From Balanoglossus misakiensis (taxonomy: Eukaryota; Animalia; Hemichordata), in NCBI GenBank assembly GCA_040954595.2, contig CM082584.2, positions 5,212,110 to 5,276,109 on the forward strand: a DNA stretch of 64,000 nucleotides, read 5' to 3'. Under the pieces are notes generated by a model. That model was not told the origin of the DNA, made no database searches, and worked only from the letters and a program-made list of their open reading frames with translations. Position 1 is the stretch's first letter; each line of letters starts with the position of its first letter. Both the position numbers and the translations under genes were made by a program. Positions 39,301-51,300 of this stretch are shown piece after piece.

Positions 39301-39961
39301 CAGCATATAGTGATCTTACTAACCTTGTAACCATAGATACGGATGAAATAAATCAATTCTGACAAGAAGCAGAAAAAGAGCCAGTGATGGTATCAACAGC
39401 AAAACAGACCAAGCTATGCTAGCAGCAGTCTTCCCAAGAAATACCTGTAATAAAATTGAACAAAAATATTACACTTGGAAGATGTCAGAATACAACTTCA
39501 TTGCAACTACTCATAGATCTATAATGCATCTGGCTTGATACATGAGACCACTTCTGAAATCAGGTTGACATATGAGATTACACTCAGTTTCTATTGATAA
39601 TAACAATTAGATCTGCTAACTTTGACATGATTTTTCAACTTAATAAAGCCTGCCTAAAGTGTATCTACCCAGAGAGTGTATAAACATTCATTGATTGATG
39701 TCAGTCACAGACTCACTGACTGCGATAGCAGTTTGATTCAACCTGTAAATAGGCATGATTCAATCTGTCGTTTCTTACATATTGAATCAAGCCTCTCGCT
39801 GCTAGTGCTATCGCAGTCAGTGATTGATGTCAAATAGCCATCCCAGTGATGATGTTGAAGAGATGACAAGGCCGAGGGCTCAGGGGATCATTGATGGTTC
39901 CGTTTGTAGCAGAATGTGGAGAACTTACCTCTCTCATATACCAGTGATCAACCTTTGCCAT
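33327..39961 (-). CDS. NDC1: Transmembrane nucleoporin NDC1, 14 exons, ~616 aa
   Basis: Exons (minus): 39961-39929, 39444-39324, 39193-39092, 38549-38326, 38181-38116, 37820-37712, 37141-36960, 36301-36127, 35865-35707, 35188-35000, 34743-34576, 34247-34147, 34019-33862, 33390-33327, total 1851 nt. Motifs: ASIAWSVLL..RIDLFHP, CLNEKHLF, RRKQIFSLSQPGGHPHNW, FADAQLQIWAL, SEDEFGVVQKSLPEIL, IYRIVSTFGEHL, C-terminal LQHFMEYKK. Confidence 0.94.
34326..34489. repeat. Partial copy of the palindromic element at 60978-61185
   Basis: Shares GGGATGGAAGnTGTGTGTGGTT...TTCACTATATATCCACATGTA...AACATAAAC and the CAAAATGAATAAACGGTAG core. Confidence 0.7.
37823..37890. repeat. Compound tetranucleotide microsatellite (AATG)n(AAAT)n(AAAC)n
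   Basis: Seen directly; it forms the pyrimidine tract before an NDC1 acceptor. Confidence 0.7.
38953..39046. mobile_element. Small piggyBac-like MITE
   Basis: TTAA-ACCCTTTCAC ... GTGACAGGG-TTAA: CCC/GGG termini flanked by TTAA. Confidence 0.5.
39713..39823. mobile_element. 111-bp foldback element in NDC1 intron 1
   Basis: Perfect 18-bp inverted repeat TCACTGACTGCGATAGCA / TGCTATCGCAGTCAGTGA, plus an inner TGATTCAA/TTGAATCA inverted repeat. Confidence 0.6.
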
Positions 39962-40132
39962 GGCGACAAGCTTAAATGATAAATGTGTAAATTAGAATGG
40001 GTATTTATGTCGAATTTCAAAGCTAGAGCACACGCGTGTTCCACATATTTGAAAGGTCCGCCATGATACACATCTGCCGAAGTTGACCTTTCACCTCACA
40101 ATTTCCCATAAACCATTGGCTCCCCGTTCAAG
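39962..40132. promoter_or_regulatory. Bidirectional promoter between NDC1 and TAX1BP3 (171 bp between start codons)
   Basis: Divergent ATGs at 39961 and 40133. The gap holds a palindromic CACGCGTG, YY1-like CCGCCAT and CAAGATGG, TGACCT and ATTGG. Confidence 0.7.
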
Positions 40133-43100
40133 ATGGACGACCAAGGCATACCGTGTGTAAGTATAGAAATTGTACGCAAATCGACTAATTTCGGGATTGA
40201 TTTGCCTAGATGTAATTTCCGAGTGTTTTCACAAGTCGTTTGAACCCGTTCGTAGTAGGTTATTCAACGGGAACTGTTCCAATTCCGATGACAACGTGCC
40301 GCCAACTCGCCAACCGCTGTCAATACGCGTTGTTGATTTCTGTAATTGATATCAAAGGTATTAGTGCCCAACCCACTTTGAAGTGTGAACGTACTGTAGT
40401 TTGCGGACCAAAAAATTCAACTCCTTCTTTGAAAATTACTTTAACAAATCATAAATATCGCGGACACTATACTGCAAACTTCAAAACTATGCTAGCGATG
40501 CTGGCTAAAGTGCAGAGAGCTAGGGGATCCATAATAACACTTACATGATTCCTTCTGTCATACAATCAACTGAATTCTAGGGCCTCCGCCCATCTGGCTT
40601 TCCACCCCCATACTTCAAGCTATACGTCACTCCTGTTACAATGCATTTTCCTACATTTTGTCCACGTATTTAATGGTGTTATTGCCACGCACACCTGTGT
40701 AAAAAGCTTTTACAGAAAGTGTGTACCGTAGACTAGAGATAAAAAATATATATGTACCCTAGATATATAACTTTTTTTAATATTACACAGTTTTCAACCA
40801 AGACAGTTGTCAACAATTGGTTTTAAAGATATGATATATAGTTATAAAGTCTTCATCAAATACCAACAGCACTGCAGACAGTTGACAGCTGTTGAGCTTG
40901 CTGGCATTGCTCCAAATGGCAAATGTTCATATAGTCTATTACGTATACACCAAATACTTGATGCAGGAAATTTATTCCCTGCATAATTATTGACCTGTTG
41001 TAAAGGGACGGATATCATAGTGTTGAAACAAACTTTTACGTTTATCAAACTTTACTAGTATTATCTGGATATATTTACTTATATTTTATTTAAAATATAT
41101 AGGCAAAGAACGTGATCTCAAATGCAAAAAAACTTTGTTGTGAATTCGATAACCGATATTCATAGTATACTATAAGTATTAGGATTGTCTTACTCAACAA
41201 TGTTACCCAATTGGTGTACTTCTCTGAGAAAAACTTGGATCGTTATAAAACAACTCCCAGAAAGGCTTGGGTGTTGAGTGACTTGGCATATAGGAATCAA
41301 GTTACAACAGCCATTTCATATTGAAACATGATTTCCATTTCTATTTCAAATATGCTGCCCCTCACAGATAATCATGTGATATTAAAAGTTCTTTGTTTCG
41401 ATATGCTGTATTGTTTTTAAAATTGTTTTTTGTATGTATAAACAACATTGAAATGCTGAAGGGTTCGTGAACTGTATAAGTTAACTAAGGATATTATCAC
41501 AGTATCAGTTTTGATGTACAATACATCCATTGTGAATCTGGTGAACGTGCTTTGTTGAAGTGCTGCATTTGAATGATGGGTCTTGTATAATAATGTGAAC
41601 ACTAAAAAAAATAGAGGTTAAAGCCCCAAGAGCTACCCTTTCTGGCATATTTTAAAACCATGATATAATTTAATGTTCTTCTAACTGTAGCTGTTGGACA
41701 ACATCATTTTGAATTTATGACAATTCTAATAATATGCATGTGAACATGCCATGATAGTTGTGTACTCTTCTTACAGTGAGGCAGAATAAACAGGTGTGGC
41801 ACCCATTTATAACTTTGAAAAGAAAATCAAATTTTTACTCTCATGTATTTTTGTCATTTGTGGGTGTGTGATTTTAATCTTTGTTCTGTTGACAGATTGT
41901 CATTGAAGTTGTAAAGGAACCAAGGAATGGCAAAGCTGGTCTTGGTTTCAGTATTGGTGGTGGAATAGATCAAGATCCATCCAAGAATCCTATTGCACCA
42001 AATGATAACGTAAGTTGGAAGGAAATGAAATTGAAAATCAAAGCAAAGAAGTCCATATCCAGTTCACTTCGCATTAGTTCCTACTTTATACCGAAACAGT
42101 GCACACCCATATTTGCTTTGTGCTATGTTATATGCAATTTGATTAAAACCAGATGTAGAGTTAAGGCAGTGGTGATAGTTTTGGCTAATCTGTTCTCCGT
42201 CTTGGCCGTTCTCATATGTGCCACTCACCTTCCGAATAGAACAGCCAAGAATCAGCAAAAGAACGGTGCCTAACTCTACAACTTATTTTAATCAGATTGA
42301 ATTCAACCTTTTGTTTGCAAACAGGCAGACACTGGTGGGTACAATCCAATTGATCATCTTTATAGAATAATTTTGGCATTTTGTTGGCAGGGTATCTTCG
42401 TAACAAATATTCAACCCGGAGGCCCAGCGGAGAGAGCTGGACTGAGATATGGAGATAAAATTCTTGAGGTAAGACAAAGTGAGCAAATTCTAGCATTGTC
42501 ATTAATTCAAATAAAATAATTATCAATGTACCACATAGTTCAGTAAAATTGTCATGGAGAGGTGTCATGGTGGGCTGAAGTTGGCCTGTGTAGTTCACAA
42601 ACATGAAATGAAGCAAGTGATGTACAAAACACAATGGCAAAGCAATCACTTCAAAACGGAGGCTGTATTTTGAAATAGGCTGATTTGTTATACATTGTGT
42701 ACATTGTATTACTCTCATACATGTATTTATAAAATTGATGTACGTCTTGTTTGTACAAGTTCCAGACAGTTTTCAGTGTTTTTGCTAAGTCAAGGGAACA
42801 TTCACGGGCAATTGACTTGGGATTCCCAGTAACACTTCTGGTACACATTACCACTGGTAATAAATATGACTGCATCACTGTACCAAGGGAAACCCAGGTA
42901 AAAAATGACTGGGAAACCCTAGTATTTACCTGGGTACTGCCTATTAACAAAAACACTGTTTTTTCAGCATGCTATTGATCATCATGATTCGCATACTATT
43001 ATTAATGTGTCATTTCTTTCCAGGCAAATGGTTTAGATCTTACCATGGCAACCCATAAACACGCCGTCAAGTTGTTGTCTAAAGACAGAGATCCGAGAGT

Positions 43101-43146
43101 TGTGATGAAAGTGACCCGGCCGGGGTTAGTACCACCACAACACTAA
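40133..43146 (+). CDS. TAX1BP3: Tax1-binding protein 3 / TIP-1 (single PDZ domain), 4 exons, 112 aa
   Basis: Exons 40133-40156, 41896-42009, 42391-42468, 43024-43146 total 339 nt. Diagnostic LGFSIGGGIDQDPSKNP..DNGIFVT..GGPAERAGLRYGDKILEANGLDLTMATHKHAVKLLS. Confidence 0.93.
42774..42958. mobile_element. hAT-like MITE in TAX1BP3 intron 3
   Basis: TIRs CAGTGTTTTTG ... CAAAAACACTG with internal CCCAG/CTGGG repeats. Confidence 0.6.
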
Positions 43147-46100
43147 AACAACCAGAATGAACCAGCGTAGCGTAAATTTCAACTAGGGGCGTTCATCCAT
43201 AAAATCCATGATCTTCCAGAATGAATTGAAAATATCACTTATTTTGCTACAGTACTTTTGATATACGTTTACTTTCTACAGAAAAACAAATTACACTTTA
43301 GTGTTCTGTGATGAAATCCAGATCCTGTAGATTTTGTAAATTTTCAATAATGTCAAGGCAAAATATTACATTTAAGATTAAGTATTAGAGGGGAAATCAG
43401 AACCACTATCAAGGTAATTAATTGTACCACCTAGGTTAGTGGAAATAAATACATGCTGATGAGAAGATTTCCAATATACCGGTAGTTCCGACGTGGTTTC
43501 GAGTACCTGAAAAATGAATGCAAAGTTAAGTGAAAATTTCAATTATATATAGGGTTTTTTATGTAGGGGAGATGGAAAAGTGATAAGCATAGGTTGCTTT
43601 TTGTAGTGTTTTATTAAAACTATAACGACCTGATATATACCTACATGGAAATTTACCCAAAAGTAGTGAAACGTTATTACCCATGATGCATTGCAACATC
43701 TTGTCACATGGTGCGGTGATAGTTTGGTGATTGGACGCCTAGTGCCACATGTCGCAAAACTGGAACTCCGAGGAGGTTTTTTCAATGTGGCAAGAATTCC
43801 CAGCCATCACGTATTTTTCTGCTTCTCATAGTTGCAACATAGTTGCACATTTTATCGGTCATGACATCTACGAGATAATCTTTCTATTAATATTAAGAGA
43901 AAGTTACATTATCAGTAGGCAATGTCAATACATGTAGTGTCATTTTCTTCCGTAATATATTTTTTAAGTACTTCAGTCTTCTAAAGGATAGATAGCTATT
44001 TTACAATTTAGAAAGTGTATTTTTGGACTTTGTATACCAAGGGCCATTTATATTGTAAAGTTATAAAGATACAAAAATAAAATCATAGAGTGGAGATGAA
44101 AAGACAGGGTTTAAGGTTTACAATGCTTTTCTGCGTATGAAAGTGTAAATCATTGTAGGAAGTTAGAAATGAATTATTACTTTAAAATTGCATTTTTTTC
44201 TCTCTCTTAGTCATACATGTATTTTGTCAAGATTTTGGACATATTGTGCAATTGTATGGCTATTTATCATGTCTAGAAATATGAAAGCTAGAAAGCAGGC
44301 TGGATTTGATAAAAAAAATCTTAATATCTGGTAAAATAGGAACAATTCATAATTACAAATTTGATCAATTTCGGTTTTTCTAATTTCATATTTTGTTGTA
44401 TTCTACAGATAAACTACCAAGTTCTTTTCAGAATTAATTTCTGTGTACTTTCATGCACATTTTAGAGTTCATTTCATACAACCATAGATCCCGGACTCTA
44501 CTAGGTTCAACTTTATTCTTTCATAACAACCTTGTAAGTTGTATCATCTGTATTTTTATTCACTTGATCTTAAAGACTTTAATAGTCATTGCACTGTGCC
44601 TTCCTTAGCCAAGTATAAACATTTAGCAATAGCTGCATCACCTGTATCTCGATTTTTAGCTCCTATTTGCTATGTATATATGTATATAGTGGGGGAGCTT
44701 ATGGATCATTTGGTGTCCATATGTCTAGGTGTGTGTCAGTATGTATGTATGTACATATGTGTATGACCCTGAGTACACTTAGTTTGGTGTTGATGTCAAA
44801 TGCCTTTCTGCAGTGTTAATTAATTGAAATAATTACCAATATCAGTGAAGTTATCTGCTGCTATTTGATCTTTTCTTATCCATATCTAAATTTTACAATA
44901 AAGATCAGGATGAAGATTGACAATCAAATTGTGGACTATGTTTGGCATTGGCTTGGAAATGTGATGAAAATCTGACGCAAAGTACATTAAAACAAGGGAC
45001 ATGATCTAAAATGAATAATTTCTTCTGCTTGAATTCATGTAGTTTAGTATCTTTTATGATGCTAGTTTTATACACTTGCAGTCCCCTCATAGTCTAGGGG
45101 TACTACATGTAATATGGACTCTGTCTGACAATCCAATTTGTGCATCCTGAGCCATTACTTTGACATCTGATATCTAAAGTAATGACATCAATCTTAGCAA
45201 AGAATAAGTGTACTCTGTACATACACGCTCATCATTTTCACTGGTATAATATCCATTTTTGTGTCTGGAGTCATTTTTCACACATACCTGATCATATTTT
45301 ATTTACAGTTGGCACCAAAGATGATGTACTGAGACAACCCCGCTACAAATGTTGCTTTATGCGCATACGAGTGGTGAGGGTGTATGTTACTATTGTACAG
45401 ACTTTATAATAGTTGTACATGTACACTACTTTGCTACAAATCCATACATGTATTTGATCAAATATTGGCCAGTGATATGTTCTGTTGGATACAGTACAGA
45501 GTTCCGGTATAATTTATTTGCAGCAGAGTTGGTAACTTTCTAGTGCAGCTAACAAAACTTGCCAACTGCTGTTTGAATATGTATTTAATTGATATAAACT
45601 TTGCCAGATTTGTGAGTTGTTACCAATGCCAAATAATTTGCATACTTTTGATTTTTTTTACCGAGTATGAACTGCACAGATTTTTAATAGGATGTACTCA
45701 TTTTATTTGTTAGTTATTTTATAGGATTGTTACTGCCTTATACATTGGGTATGTGGTGTAGTGTTGCTCGAATCCGAATAAAATACAACTGATATTTTGC
45801 TTAATGTTGTTCATTGTTTCATTCTCTCGAGCTGATAGACCCGAACAGTTGTTCTACTTTGCTTTGGTTTGAATCCACAATCAGTGCACTGAATGACCCA
45901 AGGTATGAAAGTTTGTCCCCTCATTAGTGATTTCTCTAAATCACCTAATGAGATATCTAACTTGTCTGTCTTCAAAACTTGAGAAAATGAACTGAAGGAA
46001 ATGTAGAAAAGTTGCCACAAAACTGATCATAACTCTTGCAGCTGCATAACTGCCTGGACACCAACAAGATCTGGTGATAGTGGACACATCTTTACCCCCT

Positions 46101-46660
46101 GGGCGATTACCATTATTTTTCAGGGGGTGGTATGAGGGTGATGTGGACAATCACGTCCACCAACTTCACCATCATTATTTAACATCTCCCAGACTCTTAC
46201 AACAGCACACATCAAGAGAAGTTCTCATAAACAGCTTCAATTTTAATAGGAAAACCTCTAAGAATTACAAACACTTCACTCATTTTCACATACTTTACAC
46301 TTATATTGAATTCCAGACTTGGTCAAATAAACAAGCTGTAAGCAGAACACAGCTAATAATCTGAGCCAGACTGCCCTCTTACAAACATGAAAGTTTATGA
46401 TCTCGTCCACAGGGACTACTAATATTTGACAAAGCGATGGACATATTCTTAGATGTATGATACGTCACAGCTGACTGATAACTTCAGCAACATGGTGCAT
46501 TAGGATATTTGATAATGACAATGGGGCATATCATAATTCATATCGGCATGAAGGAAACAGCATATTGGACCAATACAGTCCAGAAGATGCATCATATTGA
46601 CTTAGATGACTGCCCGATGTGAAGTGTCCGCAGAACAGATTTTTCTCTCAGCATTCCAAT

Positions 46661-48035
46661 TTAAGTCTGATAAGTGCGATCTGTATAGTTGTCATAGACT
46701 ATGTTCTTCAATTTATCACCATCATATTCTGCAGGGTTGATATCATAGTCTATCATCTTCTTCTTGATAATATGCCACCGTCCAAACACGCCAACATCAA
46801 CAATTCTCTCGTGGAAGTCTACCCATCGTGGTTTCAAATGTTTGCACTGGGATTCATAGGAAAAACACTCTTTGTTATAATTATCAGTCCATATCAGGGA
46901 GAAGAATATTAGGTTCCACCTCCTCAGGAGTCCTTTGTTTTGCCATGTCAGAATATTCTGTAAATGTTGATCTGATTCGGGATTCCTTATAATGTTACCA
47001 AGTTGCAACAGCTCGTTAGATGCGTCTACTACTTCAGAATCGAAGGAGGCCATATCCGGGTTGGTTTTAAACGCATAGCCGAGGAAACCCAACAGTGATA
47101 TGTAGAAAGTGGCTTTGATTGGACGCTCCTTGCAGTCTGCTACAGTGTCCTTGGCAACTGATGTGTAGTCATCGATCAGGACCTTGATGAAGTCTCCTGA
47201 AATGCAAAAGTGATTATTAACCCTGATTGGTACTGAATGCTCAATTTGCAAAGTACAGCTTCTAAGTGGAGATCATCGTGTCATACATTGAATGTCCTTC
47301 TGGTGACCTGAGGCATTGGCAACCTGACCCCAGGTCAAGAGAACTTTTATCATGCACTAATTCCTGTTGCCAGATGAAATGCCACACTTGATTGGACAAC
47401 GTATACACAAGGAATGGAACATCATAGAAATTTTATACACCTAGGCTATGCCTGTTATAAGTCTGCTAACTGCCATTTATAGCTTAAATTAATAGGGCAC
47501 TGCCGTTTGACTGCTATGTGAAGCTGTGGGTTTTTGGCAGCACCTGAAACAAACATTTATGATTTACCAAATTGGACCCCCCCCCCCAATATTCTGGCAA
47601 AGGGGGACATATCCCTCCTGTTAATGCCATCTTGGATGAAACATTGTTTTACAATTATACATTGTAATTAGTTGGGCCGGAGCAGTCAATTGACAAACTG
47701 TGGGTCATGTAAGTTACGATGTCAGCACATGCACTGATTTGTGGCTGTGTTCCATACAACAAATTCAGTTTTGAGTAACAATATTCCTCAGTTGCCCCTC
47801 TCCAGCACATCAGATGACTCACCCCTAGGCACTTCACAAGCGATGTTTCTCTGGAGACAAGGGAAAGCGGAATATTGTGCCGTAGGAAAGATAAGCATGG
47901 AATTAAAAAGATGTATTGTTCTTAGTACTTACTTCCTTTAGTTGCAGTCCTCTTGATGAAACCTGTTTTCTTTTCATCGACAACTTTAGTGTGGAGTTGT
48001 CTGAAGTGCCTGCACATGGCCAACAAGGCAGCCAT
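46661..48035 (-). CDS. TIMM29: Mitochondrial import inner membrane translocase subunit Tim29 (C19orf52-like), 2 exons, 212 aa
   Basis: Exons 48035-47933 and 47196-46661 total 639 nt. N-terminal presequence-like MAALLAMCRHFRQLH, then LIDDYTSVAKD..ERPIKA, a TM segment, NPDMASF..LLQLG..IRNPESDQHLQ, RIVDVGVFGRW..MIDYDINPAE. Confidence 0.9.
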
Positions 48036-48391
48036 CTTTGATGGCCCTCTACCGTCTGTTGTAGGAAACGTTAATGGCGCTGATCGAGTCTGTATCGGTC
48101 AATTTTTAAAGTCATCTGAAGTGTAATCGCGAAGAGAAGGCCTATTTCACAAAGTTTGACAAAAATTGCAAAATACACGCTGAGGCAGACTCTTTAGTCG
48201 GGTTTAGTGACAGTTAAACCCCCGAATTGGATTAGACCAGTTGCGCCCTCACATGCCCAATATAGGTGACGTTTCTCAGGATCATTTGTGTGTGTGTTCG
48301 TACGCAGTACGTACTAGTATTACGTACATAGGATATAGACCGCGGGAGAAGTTTCCTACAATAAGCCGGTATTCAAGTTCGGCTCATCGCA
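48036..48391. promoter_or_regulatory. Bidirectional promoter between TIMM29 and CHERP (356 bp between start codons)
   Basis: Divergent ATGs at 48035 and 48392 in a CpG-rich gap. A YY1-like CAAAGATGGCTGCC overlaps the TIMM29 start. Confidence 0.7.
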
Positions 48392-51300
48392 ATGGAAGGC
48401 TTACCGCCCCTGCCAGATGGTATGTTTTAATATTTTCACTCCTGTCCTGGGTGGACGCGGAGCTAGTACTCGCCCCCCCCCCTCCCAGTTACACGCCTGA
48501 ACATACAGAACTAACCATTGTGGGTTCGCTCGCCCCATAGCATCTCGATCCACTTGTCAATGTCGTGCTTGTGGATGGAGCGTGTCCGAAGCTGAGCATG
48601 GAGGTACCACAGTACCTCCATGACTGCTGTGGATCCGTAGGTCCCCCATCGACTTTTTGTTTTCATAAGTGGGGCCGGGGTTGGCATGGTACCGGTACAA
48701 GACTGTGGGTGCGCAACAACAGTGAACTGGTCTGGGTGCTAGCCCTGCGTGTCTGTCTGTGTGTGTTCCCCGTGTAACACTGGGAACACACATACCTGTA
48801 CGAAGAGCTAGTCTGGTTCCCTGAGCTGTAGGTGCTGCTTGGTTGATATGTTGTCCGCAGACAACATCATCAACAGAGCAGCACCTATTTACAATTGTAC
48901 AATCATTGCAGCTAGTGTCCCTGTTGCAGGGGCTGTCACAGGTCCGCAAATCAACAATGCGAAGCCCAAATAATGCAAATGTGCTGTAGGGTCTGAGGTT
49001 GTTCATTTGAGGGCCTGTGATAGCTGCAAGTGCAACCGTTTCAGTTTTTGCATCAGGGAGGCCACAACAGGATAAGTCTGTAGTCTAAAGTACTAGGAAG
49101 TAGCATAACTTGGCTAGTCTGGTCTCCATACCCAGTTTGTTTTAGATAGACTCACACGCTGGGTCTTTTAATTCACATTTTTTGTTGTTTTGGCAAGATT
49201 CCTTCAAGTTCTCTCTGATAGTCAATGTCTTAGAATATTTTTACGTACCAAAGAAAATCCACTGCACCAGAAATAACTGTCAGCGGTATAAATTAAGTCA
49301 ATCAGCAAAGTGTATTGCTATTTTGCATAAGTAGGTGTTCCCTGTGGTTTCCATGGCAACTCATTGCTGATTTTCATAAATGTATATTATACTACTTTCA
49401 CATTACATAAATTCTGCAAGAAGTACAAGATTGTTTTTTCTCTTATGATTGTATATCTACGTATTATTATTTACAGATCCAGAACAGAGGAATATCATTG
49501 ACAAGCTGGCCCAGTTTGTCGCTCGTAATGGTCCAGAATTTGAACAAATGACGAAGTCCAAGCAGAAAGATAACCCACGTTTTAAATTCCTGTTTGGTGG
49601 GGAATATTATAATTATTACCAGTATAAAGTGTCAACAGAGCAGCAAGGTGGGTGTATATATTGCATTGTCTAGATACTGTAAAACACAATTTTCGCGAGC
49701 AATTAATTTTCGCCAAATACGCGAGAGCCAAAATAGCGTGAAAATAAAAAGTCGCGTAAATTTTTTTTGAAGATAACGATGCAGTGAATGAAATAAGAGA
49801 ACGCGAAAATTAATACTCGCGAAACAGTGGCCTCTCTCGATATTGCGAAAAATTTAACTCGCGAAAATAAAGTGTTTTACAGTAACTCGTCTTACGTGAT
49901 CCCTCTATCATGCATTTTTTTTAAAACTTTGAGATATTTGAGAATATCCAGACATTAGCTCACCCATATACCTTACTGTAAGAGGGAGTTATTTGAATCA
50001 GTATTCATGGGGAATCCTAACCTGTAATGTCAAAACGCATTTGCTATCTTGCAGTCCTGAGGCAACAAAAACAGAAACTTCATCATCAACAACAGATAAT
50101 TCAAGAAGTGATCACACGACAGTCAATTCAGTCGGCACCATGGCAACCACAAGTACAACAACAACAAGTTCAGGATCAAATCCAACAAAGTCAAACTAAT
50201 CTAATTCAACAACAACAGCATTTGATGAAACGGCAACAGGTAAGTTTCATGACCTCTATATGACCTTACAAAATTACATCCTTTTACTTCCGGTGGTATG
50301 AGGTTGTTAAAATTCCACATTTTGGAACAAGAAATGTTTCAAACTTTTCTTAAAAAGAGTCAACTTGAAATAGGGATGAAAAGGTTAAACCTTTTACCTA
50401 AAAATTAGGATTTTTACCCTTACTTCCTTGTGACCTGTGATGTCATTTGGAATGTCTATTCTGAGTTGGATGCAAAGGGTCGATGTTGTGAGTGACCACT
50501 ACATGAACAATCAGATCCTATTTTTGCAGTGCAGTGTCTTCTTACTTAAAAAAAAATTCAAGATATCACTCAACATTGCAATCTTGCTGTATCGGTTACT
50601 AAATTCTGCGTACATTTTCTTTCAGGAACAAATTGAAACTGCCATATTCCAAGCAAAGGAACAGAGAATAGAAAATACTGCCAAGGAGTTAGAACTGGAT
50701 TTGTCAGATTTTAATAAGAAGTTACAACCAATCATTGACAGTTGTACAAAAGATGCCATATCAGTAAGTATTGTGATCAAACCATCGCTAGTCTTGATAA
50801 TACATGTACTTCATTTTAACTGTGTCCAAAGACTGATTTCTATCATAAGGGCTAAACCATTTGACATCTTGGGAGGGGGCTTGGAAATTGATTTAAATGA
50901 AGTCATTATCACCATGTTATATGATTATACATATCTGCACATAAATGGTGGGTCATATATAATTTACCCAGTTAATGCTCTGGTTATTATATACATATGT
51001 ACATGTATGTAGTACTAAGCAAAATTAATTCAGATTAATTTCAAATTTTGTCTTTATACAGGGTGGTAAGCAGTGGATGTTTACAAATGCCAAGGCTCCA
51101 AAACACTGTCAACTGATGTCAGAGTATTTGCTGCAGAGGGTCACCGCTAAAGGTGTTAATTTTGAATTGAAGCTGCATATCATCTACCTAATCAATGATG
51201 TGCTTCATCACTGGTACGTACATACTGCTTTGGCGGGAACACACTGACATGAATTATGACTTTGGTGACATTATCTCCACTGTCAGTGAGCACTTGGTGA

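Noticed and set aside
48241-49006. ORFs in the GC-rich CHERP promoter and intron 1
   Set aside because: No recognisable domains; typical of CpG-rich first introns.
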